Translations under genes and position numbers: made by a program
The notes under the pieces: generated by a model
What the model was told of the DNA's origin: nothing
Seen by the model: only the letters and a program-made list of their open reading frames with translations
The model's database searches: none
Shown: in pieces, positions 54,601 to 62,490 of the stretch
How the letters are laid out: the number at the start of each line of letters is the position of its first letter
How positions within the stretch are numbered: the stretch's first letter is position 1
Source: Flavobacteriaceae bacterium
Lineage (GTDB): Bacteria; Bacteroidota; Bacteroidia; Flavobacteriales; Flavobacteriaceae
Reading direction: 5' to 3'
DNA: 64,000 nt
NCBI GenBank assembly: GCA_016744415.1
Contig: JADGEL010000001.1
Location: forward strand, 963,855 to 1,027,854

Positions 54601-55069
54601 TTTCAGATTGGGATTAAATACCAACTTTAGTTATAAAGCATTTTCATTTTATATGTTATGGAATTGGAAACAAGGTGGAGATATTTATAACGGAACTGGC
54701 CAATATTTGGTGAGAGACAATCGTCATGTAATGATAGATCAAATCCACAATGCTCCGGGAGAAAAGAAAACGGTAGATTATTACCAGGCTCTTTATGATG
54801 CACAAGCCTTAAATGGGTTTTGGGTTGAAGACGCATCATTTGTAAAACTAAGAGAAGCATCATTATACTATACCTTAAATGGTGAAGACTTAGGAAAAGT
54901 TAATAAATTTATTAATCAAATAAGACTTGGAGTTATAGGTAGAAACTTATTAACTATTACAGATTATACAGGTTATGATCCAGAAGCAGGGTCTGGTGGT
55001 TTTGTCTTTGATAATTTTGGATATCCAAACTTTAGAACTTATTCCGCAACGGTGCAATTAAAATTTTAA
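51632..55069 (+). CDS. SusC/RagA-family TonB-linked outer-membrane transporter with an N-terminal STN signalling domain
   Basis: 1145 aa. The STN-like region (SIKELFMKIENQTDYSFFYNSN...NDILIRQK) is followed by a CarboxypepD_reg domain (VGGVVYDDLGLTLPGVNILV), a plug (NMEIVKGAAASSLYGSEAANGVIVITSKRG) and a C-terminal barrel ending ...TYSATVQLKF. Confidence 0.9.
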   Translation: MKEYFKMYFKKWLSKSLLTLILSFCISFSYAVVPINDESVLEVKQKESISINEELSIKELFMKIENQTDYSFFYNSNLKELSNRVTINLSNAIVNEILDLAFNNLNIEYSINDNDILIRQKQANTQQQTKTVGGVVYDDLGLTLPGVNILVVGTKDGATTDFDGVFSLEVSNDDSLTFSFVGFKSQTVKVAGNTNFKITMSPEDNVLDEVIIAGVAAGTSRKKISISVARLNEDDINKVPQTSVSSALQGKIAGVTSTSLSGSPGSSDQIVLRGATSFLGSNSPMILIDGVIMQGSLADINVDDVENMEIVKGAAASSLYGSEAANGVIVITSKRGKSSKNGNAAITVRSETGFQEVAKYLDLSTSHHYYLSPEWQENDTYTNYYFVDYPADYVSGWDPRINGNRIEKPNHYQDLPFRVNRNLQKEMFTGGLYSTNFVSFSKSINKTNVYASFENNENQGVVIETGGYKRQSVRLNVDFDISENVSFSASNNYIKTSNDFLGGGTAAFFEVLMTEPDVDLFADNVDGQKYNFYPNHWNTQFANPIYDLWKKESGSDKSRLMSAFDLKWKTNDWLNFETSYAFERQDYHSTNYTPKGTIVDLQPNYLDPNANVPIVDPNNPINPQYSDGSLSKYNSTIFNQTFRATANFKKSWGELDFNGKLSYLYENNQFESITTRGSEFSLEGYPSFDFLNQETISATDYIFQDITYNYFVIASFVYKDRYIFDALYRNDNSSLFGSEVRSQNYFRVSGAYRISKDIEILGVQELKLRGAYGGSGVRPPDGAIYDIFTATQTGTEPLQKGNPYLTPSQSNELEIGLEASFLNRFRFEATYSFTQVLDQYVNAPLAAWESGFPHKWVNAGELQSKSIEAMLNANIINNENFKWDVTLTFDKIDQKITKLNIPEYRTGPRGAFKIREGEAYGGMYGSDFVRTLDQMEEQLPSGTDITEYSVNRDGVVVLTSDIGSVNEKPYILLDETGARANVKIGDINPDFRLGLNTNFSYKAFSFYMLWNWKQGGDIYNGTGQYLVRDNRHVMIDQIHNAPGEKKTVDYYQALYDAQALNGFWVEDASFVKLREASLYYTLNGEDLGKVNKFINQIRLGVIGRNLLTITDYTGYDPEAGSGGFVFDNFGYPNFRTYSATVQLKF

Positions 55070-55071
55070 GA

Positions 55072-56583
55072 ATGATGATGAAAAATATAAAACGATACAT
55101 TTTATTATTAGTAATAAGCATTAATATTTCAGGATGTTCAGATGATGTATTAGATATCGAAAATAAAAATGACCCAGGTAGGCTAGAAACTTTGGCAGAC
55201 CCTGATGGCTTGTATTCTCTTACTTCAAGTTTATTTAATACATGGTTTGTACAAGAGCAACATAATTTTGGATCACCAGGTCCAGCATTGTGGGTAATGT
55301 CTGATTGGGGAACGGTAACTTTTGCCAACTACGCAACCAGAGATATGAGTGAAGAACCACGAATTTTTATGGATAACAACCCATCATATGGCTACCATGC
55401 AACCATCCGTAATTTTTGGCAAAAAATGTATGCCGTATTAACAACTGCAAATAGTGTTATAATTGGAATTGAAGGTAATGGAATTGAAATAGGCGACAAC
55501 GGAGAGGACACAATGAAGGTAAAAGGAATGGCTTATTTTATGCAAGGGCTTTCTAACGGATATATAGGCTTGTTATATGACAAAGCATACCCGTTAGATG
55601 AAACAACTGAAGGTGAAATTGAAGTGACAGATTATCAAACTTCAATTGCTATTGCCATTGAACAGTTAGAAAAAGCCATCATTGTTTTTGATAACAACTC
55701 CTTTAATATTCCTGCTGATTGGATGAATGGAAATTCCTTTTCTAATACTGAGATGTCTCAGTTGGCACATTCATTTATCGCAAGATTGATGGTGTATGGG
55801 CCAAGAAACGAAGCTGAAACAGATGCATTAGATTGGAATAAGGTTTTGATGCACGCACAAAACGGAATCACACAAGATTTTAATATTGAAGGAGATGGAA
55901 ATGGAACTACAAGAAATTGGATGTCATGGTACAAATACTATATGGCAAGACCAAATTGGGGTAAAGTTGATATGAGAGTGGTAAATGTATTAGACAATAC
56001 CATTCCTCCTAACTGGCCAGAAGGGGGGCTAGCAGATTTACCGCATGATGGTAGAATTATTTCTAGCGATTTAAGAGTATTGAGCGATTTTCAATACAAT
56101 ACTGCTAATAACAGACCAGAAAGAGGTTTGTACAGGTGGTCAACCTATCGTTATTCTAGATTAGACTCTTACTTTAATGCTAACTTTTTTGCACCGGTTA
56201 TTATGATGCGCGCAGCAGAAATTGATTTGTTCGAAGCAGAGGCTTTGTTAAGGTTAGGACGTTTATCAGAAGCAGCAACCGTAATTAATACAGGAACAAG
56301 AGTTATAAGAGGAAATCTTCCTAATGTAGCAGTTGAAGAAATTGCAATTAGAGATGCTATCTTTTACGAACGTACTATTGAATTGCCATTAACAGGTATG
56401 GGAATCGAATATTTTGATATGCGTAGAAATGATCTTTTACAAGACGGTTCTTTATTACATTTCCCAATTCCTGCACAACAATTAGAAACCATTCTAGAAC
56501 CATTTTATACCTACGGAGGTTTGAATCCACAATTTGGAGTTCCAGGGCAAGACGTAGCTATAGATGGTTGGTACAGACCATAA
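55072..56583 (+). CDS. SusD/RagB-family nutrient-binding outer-membrane lipoprotein
   Basis: Lipobox NISGC and a TPR-like helical body. The C-terminal ERTIELPLTGMGIEYFDMRRNDLL motif is present. It starts 3 nt after SusC. Confidence 0.85.
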   Translation: MMMKNIKRYILLLVISINISGCSDDVLDIENKNDPGRLETLADPDGLYSLTSSLFNTWFVQEQHNFGSPGPALWVMSDWGTVTFANYATRDMSEEPRIFMDNNPSYGYHATIRNFWQKMYAVLTTANSVIIGIEGNGIEIGDNGEDTMKVKGMAYFMQGLSNGYIGLLYDKAYPLDETTEGEIEVTDYQTSIAIAIEQLEKAIIVFDNNSFNIPADWMNGNSFSNTEMSQLAHSFIARLMVYGPRNEAETDALDWNKVLMHAQNGITQDFNIEGDGNGTTRNWMSWYKYYMARPNWGKVDMRVVNVLDNTIPPNWPEGGLADLPHDGRIISSDLRVLSDFQYNTANNRPERGLYRWSTYRYSRLDSYFNANFFAPVIMMRAAEIDLFEAEALLRLGRLSEAATVINTGTRVIRGNLPNVAVEEIAIRDAIFYERTIELPLTGMGIEYFDMRRNDLLQDGSLLHFPIPAQQLETILEPFYTYGGLNPQFGVPGQDVAIDGWYRP

Positions 56584-56619
56584 TATTAAAACAATAACAA
56601 CTTTTAAAACAATATAAAA

Positions 56620-57516
56620 ATGAAAATATTTAAATATTCAATCGCAACAATCGCTCTTTTATTGAGCATCGTTTTTACTTCTTGTGAAGCAGATCCATTA
56701 CCAGTTTATCCTGACGTAATCGTACAAATCGATACTGTTTTTGTTCAAGGAGTTAATGTTACATATCCAACTTTTACTGGTTCAGATACAGGCGATGATA
56801 GATTTTATGCTTTTAGTGGTGGTAGTGCTACAGATTTAAGTTCATTATCAGCGACTGATTGGACCTATGAAACTTGGATTAAAGTAGATGCTGATGCATT
56901 GATTGGTGATCGTACAGCATTACAAGGTGCTGATGCAGGTGGTGCTTGTATTATGGAACGTGGTAGAAACTTTGAATTGTATTTAATTGATGATGCTAAT
57001 GCAGATTTTGCCATTAAATACAACAGATTAGACAGCAGTAATGAAGCTATTGGTACTATGCAGTCTGATGAGTCAGGAATCAATTTAAGTTTTAATGAAT
57101 GGGCACATGTTGCTATTACAAGATCATCGAGTGATAATACTGCAAAGTTTTTTATTAACGGAGTTTTAATAGCGTCTAGTGATGATGATTTATGGATTCA
57201 ACCAGTAAATGATACATGGTTAGATTTTAATTATATGTATCGTGGTGGAAATATAAATTTCTTTAAAGGCTCTTTTGACAATATTAGAGTGTCTTATGTA
57301 GAAAGATATTCATCTGATTTTGAGCCAATTCAGCATGAGCGTTTACCTGTTGATGGTGATACTTTATTGCAAATGGATTTGGATGAAAATTTAACTCCTT
57401 TTGACCCGGTTACTGATTTTGACAAAGTTGAAATTAAGGGAGTTTACTCTTATTATATAAAGGTAATTAACACAGTATTTTGGACTAGCGAAGATTCTGT
57501 AATACCTACAACATAG
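56620..57516 (+). CDS. Surface lipoprotein with a LamG/concanavalin-A-like (Laminin_G_3-type) domain
   Basis: Lipobox VFTSC. The pattern WTYETWIKVDA...FNEWAHVAITRSS...AKFFINGVLI...FDNIRVS..RYSSDFEP is typical of Laminin_G_3. It occupies the SusE/F-like position after SusD. Confidence 0.7.
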   Translation: MKIFKYSIATIALLLSIVFTSCEADPLPVYPDVIVQIDTVFVQGVNVTYPTFTGSDTGDDRFYAFSGGSATDLSSLSATDWTYETWIKVDADALIGDRTALQGADAGGACIMERGRNFELYLIDDANADFAIKYNRLDSSNEAIGTMQSDESGINLSFNEWAHVAITRSSSDNTAKFFINGVLIASSDDDLWIQPVNDTWLDFNYMYRGGNINFFKGSFDNIRVSYVERYSSDFEPIQHERLPVDGDTLLQMDLDENLTPFDPVTDFDKVEIKGVYSYYIKVINTVFWTSEDSVIPTT

Positions 57517-57547
57517 TTTGTTTTTTTTGAATTAATAATAACCTGAA

Positions 57548-57579
57548 GAGTAAGTTGCCCATTTGACGGCAACTTACTC
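57548..57579 (+). other. Perfect 12-bp stem-loop between the LamG lipoprotein gene and the first C10 peptidase gene
   Basis: GAGTAAGTTGCC (57548-57559), loop catttgac, GGCAACTTACTC (57568-57579). No T-run follows. Confidence 0.6.
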
Positions 57580-57596
57580 AATACTAAAATTTTATA

Positions 57597-59933
57597 ATGA
57601 TGAAGCTAAATTACCTTAAAAATATTTTTGTATTAACCCTAACAATTTTATTGAGCTCAAATACTTATAGTCAAGAATTAAATAGAAATGTTAAAGAGGC
57701 AACTGCAAATTTTTATAATGATTTAACTGGTAATTTTAGTGAAATTAAAAGTGTTGTTACTTTAAATAAAAATGAAGCATTTAAAACCTTTGTGATTAAT
57801 TATAAAAGCGGGGGTTATGTGATTTTACAAGAAACGGCATCTGGAAACAAAATAATGGGTTTTTCTGAAGTTGGTGAATTCAGCATTGAAGGAAGTCCTT
57901 TAGAAAAAGTAATTGAAGGAACTTTTGAAAATAACTCTTTTACTGGAGAAAATACAATATTAGCTAGAACGAACAATTCATCAAACAATAACCCAGCTGG
58001 AGATATTGATCCCTTTATGACAGATGTTTGGGGTGGAGTTAATTGCTTTGATAATAATGGGCAAGCGGTATATCCAGGTAACTATTATACACCTTCTCAT
58101 TGTTCGGCAGGTTGTGTGGCAATATCAATGTCTCAAGTATTACATTATTACGAATGGCCAATTGTAGGTATGGGTAGCAATACTTATTCAGATAATTATA
58201 ATGGTACATTAACTCGCCATTCAAGGCATTTTGATGCTATTGAATATGATTGGGCGAGCATGCAAGATTTATATCAAGGTGTTGCATCAACAGATGAAAG
58301 TAGAAAAGCTATTGGCGAATTATTTTACAGCGCAGATTGTGCTTTACAAATGAATTTTGAACCTTCAGGTTCAACCTCTAACATTAATACAACACCTTTT
58401 GTTTATCAAAATTTCTTCCGTTATACTAGTAATTATCAAGATGTAACTTGGGGTTCTTTTTGGTCACGATTATATGATAATATTCAACAAGGACGTCCAG
58501 TTCCAATGGCAGTAGATGCAAGTAGAACTGAAGATGGGCATGTATTTGTTGTAAACGGGTATAAGGAAATAGGAGGCGAACCTTATTACTATTTAAACTG
58601 GGGTTGGTATAATGATAACAATATAAATGCATGGTATAATATACAAGCTTGGACAGATGCATCACCAGGATATAATAGAGTTACTGGGGCTTCTTTTGAT
58701 TTGTTGCCAAATCCACAAATAACTGATATTACTGAAACTGGGTCTGGTAACGATTTTAAAGTTACTTGGGAAATAAGCGCGAAGATTACTCCAGATGAAT
58801 ATACCTTAGAACAAAACATCAACAACGCTGGTTGGACAGAAGTTGCATCAGGTATTACAGCTACAGAATATACCATTACAAACCCACAAGACGAAGTTTA
58901 CAGGTTTAGAGTCAAAGCTATGATTCAAGGATCATACTATGCAAATTCTTGGTCAGAATCAGAAATTCATGCTGTTACTGGAGATTTTAATGGCTATGGT
59001 GAATTTGGAGGAAATCAATATGCTTATGCGTATCAAACTCCAGATACACATTTAGATTTTACAAATGATTATACATTCGAAACTTGGATTCGTTTAAAAG
59101 ATGGAAATATTGATGGAAATGTGATTTTAGATGAAGAATATGCTTTCGGAATTGATATTGCAAATGTTGATGATCAAGCAGCAACTTACGATGTGAAGTT
59201 TACAGCACATAATAGTTCAGCATCAATTATTTCAAACACAAATGGGTTTAAGTTAACATCAAATACTTGGCATCATATAGCTGTTTCTCATACAGGTACA
59301 TTTACAAGATTATATATTGATGGAACTTTACAAGCAGTTGATATTAGTAGCAACTTTAATTTGGCTTCTTCAAATTCTGCCTTGAATTTAGGAGAAAAAT
59401 ATAGAAATGGTTATCAAGGTAGAATTAAAGCTGATATGGATCAACTTAGAATTTCTACAATTGCTAGATATACTTCAGATTTTACTCCAGATAGAGAAGA
59501 GGTTTTCACTATTGATGCTAATACTATTTCTTATTTTACTTTTCAAAATTTTCATGGAGTGCGCTTAAAAGATGAAGCTTCAGGATTAAGTTTTAGAGTT
59601 AGTAATTCAACCAATAATGTTGAATGGAGTTTTGAGAGAACTTCTGGTTCATTATCTACTGATGATTATGATTTGCTAAAATCATCGCTAAATCTTTACC
59701 CAAACCCGGTAAGTAAGAACCATTTTCAAATTTCTTTTAAAGATGATATTCAATTAGAAAATGTACAAATTCAAATCTTTGATTTACTAGGGAAGCAAAT
59801 CAATTTTAACAACAACCAACGCGCATTTAATCAATGGGAAATTTCTATCAATGATAGCACTCCTACAGGAATCTATTTTGTACAAATTTCTGGCGATGGT
59901 TTTACAGCAAGTAAAAAATTAATTATACAATAA
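57597..59933 (+). CDS. T9SS-secreted C10 (streptopain-family) cysteine peptidase: prodomain, C10, Fn3-like, LamG, Por_Secre_tail
   Basis: GCVAISMSQVLHYYEWP (Cys codon 58113-58115) and GHVFVVNGY...YYLNWGWYN match the SpeB catalytic Cys and His/Trp motifs. An N-terminal Inhibitor_I69-like region is present. The LamG pattern is YTFETWIRL...WHHIAVSHTG...RLYIDGTL. The C-terminus is LYPNPVSKN...GIYFVQI...KKLIIQ. Confidence 0.85.
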   Translation: MMKLNYLKNIFVLTLTILLSSNTYSQELNRNVKEATANFYNDLTGNFSEIKSVVTLNKNEAFKTFVINYKSGGYVILQETASGNKIMGFSEVGEFSIEGSPLEKVIEGTFENNSFTGENTILARTNNSSNNNPAGDIDPFMTDVWGGVNCFDNNGQAVYPGNYYTPSHCSAGCVAISMSQVLHYYEWPIVGMGSNTYSDNYNGTLTRHSRHFDAIEYDWASMQDLYQGVASTDESRKAIGELFYSADCALQMNFEPSGSTSNINTTPFVYQNFFRYTSNYQDVTWGSFWSRLYDNIQQGRPVPMAVDASRTEDGHVFVVNGYKEIGGEPYYYLNWGWYNDNNINAWYNIQAWTDASPGYNRVTGASFDLLPNPQITDITETGSGNDFKVTWEISAKITPDEYTLEQNINNAGWTEVASGITATEYTITNPQDEVYRFRVKAMIQGSYYANSWSESEIHAVTGDFNGYGEFGGNQYAYAYQTPDTHLDFTNDYTFETWIRLKDGNIDGNVILDEEYAFGIDIANVDDQAATYDVKFTAHNSSASIISNTNGFKLTSNTWHHIAVSHTGTFTRLYIDGTLQAVDISSNFNLASSNSALNLGEKYRNGYQGRIKADMDQLRISTIARYTSDFTPDREEVFTIDANTISYFTFQNFHGVRLKDEASGLSFRVSNSTNNVEWSFERTSGSLSTDDYDLLKSSLNLYPNPVSKNHFQISFKDDIQLENVQIQIFDLLGKQINFNNNQRAFNQWEISINDSTPTGIYFVQISGDGFTASKKLIIQ

Positions 59934-60007
59934 CATATAAACAAAACAAACTCCTACAATTTTTTTTATGGAATAAAACTAATATCACTAACCTAAACTT
60001 AAATATT

Positions 60008-62437
60008 ATGAGAACTAAACTTTTTCTTTTATTATTATTTACATTTTTTAGTATTAAAACTACTTTTTCACAATTCAATAAAAACGAATTAATAGAATAT
60101 AGTAAGAACTTTATTACGCAGCAACAATTAAATAATGTAACACCTAAAAGTTTAGAACCATTAATAAATAATAAAGGGGAAGTTTATGCTAATGTAATTA
60201 ACCTTGAACCAAAAGGGTTCATTGTTTTCTCCTCATCAAAAAAGTTAGCGCCAGTTATTTCTTTTTCAACAGAAGCTGATTTTGATTTTAGCCAATCTAA
60301 AGAGAATATTCTTTTGAATATGATTAAAAGCGATACCAAAAATGAGTTGCAACTTATTAAAAGTAAGTTAAGTGTTGATAATCAAAAAGTGGTTGTTAAA
60401 AATAATAAAGCTTGGGACAAATTAAAAAATAATACAGATAGAAATAGTAATTCTAATCGATCAGCAACTCTTACACAATATGGTGCACATTTTACCAGTA
60501 TTTGGGGAGGTGTAAATTGTTATGATGATTTAGGAAATGGTGTTAATGTAGGTAATTATTATACGCCAAATAACTATTCGCCAGGTTGTGTTGCAACAAC
60601 TTTGAGTATGATTTTACATTATTATCGTTGGCCAGAAACTGGTGTTGGTTCACACACCAATTATGACACCTCGGGAAGTTCTCAAACAAGTTGGTCTGCA
60701 AATTTTGGAGCAGCAATCTATGATTGGGATAATATGTTAGATGAGTACCAAAACCAATCATCAACCTTAACTGAGCAAAAGGCAATGGGGTATATATCTT
60801 TCCATACAGCTACTGCATTAGATATGGATTATGAGTCAACAGGGTCAACAAGTAATATCAATAGAATACCATCTGCTGCTGGTTCTTATTTTAGATTTTC
60901 TGGACACCACCAATATTCAAATTGGTCAAATTTTTGGACTAGAATGCAAGAAAATTTACAAAACGGACATCCAGTTCCAATTGCTATAGATGCGACTAAT
61001 GGTTCGGGTCATGCTCCTGCTGTTGATGGATACCGTTACAATGTGGGTGATGCACAAAGTGATTATTATTACCACCTAAATATGGGTTGGTATGGATCAA
61101 GTAATGCTTGGTATAGAATAAGGGGTTCATTTAGTGCTGGTGGTTATACAAGTGTAAGTGCTGCAGTATTTGATTTATTGCCAGAGCCAATATTTACAGA
61201 AAACTCTATTGAAGCAACTAGTAAAACATTTACATTGAATTGGAGAACAAGTAAGACACTAAACTGGGATGCTTTTGAATTGCAAGAAAGTACCGATGGG
61301 GGTTCTAACTATACTACTTTAAGCAATGCAATTGTAGATACAACTTATGTTAGAACTGTTGCAACAGGAGGTTCTTATAAATACCGAGTGCGCTCTAAAG
61401 TTGATGGTAATTTTTACTCTAATAGTTATTCAGAATCTATTAATGTGACCGTGCCTTATGATTATACATATTTAGATTTTGATGGTAATGACTCATTTTT
61501 TGTGTATGAGAATTCAAACAATGATTTAGATATTTCTAACTCATATACCATAGAAACATGGGTTAAAGTTGACTCTAGAACAAGCGGGACCTATCCAGTA
61601 ATTTTAGATCGTAAAACGGTGTTTTCTATGTATCTCATTAGCGATTCAAATGCAGATTATGCGGTAAAGTTTGTTGCTAGAAATAGTTCAGGTAGCGTTA
61701 TTGCATCGGTACAGTCTGATAATTCTTCAGAAAATTTAAACTTTGGTAATTGGGTGCATGTTGCAGTCTCAAGAAGTGGAAATTCAACAAAACTTTTTAT
61801 TAATGGAACACAAGTAGGAAATTCTACAGATAGTGATTTTTCATTATCAGCATCATCAAATGCATTAAATATTGGAGCGAGATATTGGAGTGGATATGGA
61901 AGGTATTTAGATGGTAAAATTGATAAAATAAGAATTACGGATAATGCTACTTACACAGGAAGCTTTACTCCTAATAGAAAAGAAAAATATACAACAAACA
62001 GCAATACAAGAATGTTGCTTGCTTTAGATGAGGGGATTGGAACGATTTTGAATGATGGTGCAAGTAATTTTTCATCAGTACAATTAAGATCATCACCTAA
62101 CCAACCAAACTGGATAGTTGATGATGAATCTCAAAGTGCTAGAAATGCTACACTATTTGTTAAAGATAAAGAAATTAAAGAAGCAAAATCAATTAGCAAT
62201 TTATACCCTAATCCAGCTAAAGATAAAATTACAAGTTCAATAAATGTAAAAGAAGCAACCTCTGGAGAAGTATTGATATATGATAGTTTTGGAAAGCTTC
62301 AACTAACAAAAAGTATCAAGCTTAAAAAAGGAATCAATTCTATTGAAATGAATGTTTCAAAACTTAAAAACGGAATTTATTTTATCACTATTAAAACAGA
62401 AACAGACCTATTTAAATCGAAATTTTTAAAACAATAA
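60008..62437 (+). CDS. T9SS-secreted C10 (streptopain-family) cysteine peptidase, second paralog with the same architecture
   Basis: GCVATTLSMILHYYRWP (Cys codon 60587-60589) and GHAPAVDGY...YHLNMGWYG. The LamG pattern is YTIETWVKVD...WVHVAVSRSG...KLFINGTQV. The C-terminus is LYPNPAKDK...GIYFITI...KFLKQ. Confidence 0.85.
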   Translation: MRTKLFLLLLFTFFSIKTTFSQFNKNELIEYSKNFITQQQLNNVTPKSLEPLINNKGEVYANVINLEPKGFIVFSSSKKLAPVISFSTEADFDFSQSKENILLNMIKSDTKNELQLIKSKLSVDNQKVVVKNNKAWDKLKNNTDRNSNSNRSATLTQYGAHFTSIWGGVNCYDDLGNGVNVGNYYTPNNYSPGCVATTLSMILHYYRWPETGVGSHTNYDTSGSSQTSWSANFGAAIYDWDNMLDEYQNQSSTLTEQKAMGYISFHTATALDMDYESTGSTSNINRIPSAAGSYFRFSGHHQYSNWSNFWTRMQENLQNGHPVPIAIDATNGSGHAPAVDGYRYNVGDAQSDYYYHLNMGWYGSSNAWYRIRGSFSAGGYTSVSAAVFDLLPEPIFTENSIEATSKTFTLNWRTSKTLNWDAFELQESTDGGSNYTTLSNAIVDTTYVRTVATGGSYKYRVRSKVDGNFYSNSYSESINVTVPYDYTYLDFDGNDSFFVYENSNNDLDISNSYTIETWVKVDSRTSGTYPVILDRKTVFSMYLISDSNADYAVKFVARNSSGSVIASVQSDNSSENLNFGNWVHVAVSRSGNSTKLFINGTQVGNSTDSDFSLSASSNALNIGARYWSGYGRYLDGKIDKIRITDNATYTGSFTPNRKEKYTTNSNTRMLLALDEGIGTILNDGASNFSSVQLRSSPNQPNWIVDDESQSARNATLFVKDKEIKEAKSISNLYPNPAKDKITSSINVKEATSGEVLIYDSFGKLQLTKSIKLKKGINSIEMNVSKLKNGIYFITIKTETDLFKSKFLKQ

Positions 62438-62490
62438 ATCAATAATCAATTATTAATCTCCGAAATACTTCGGAACTAAATTTTACTATT

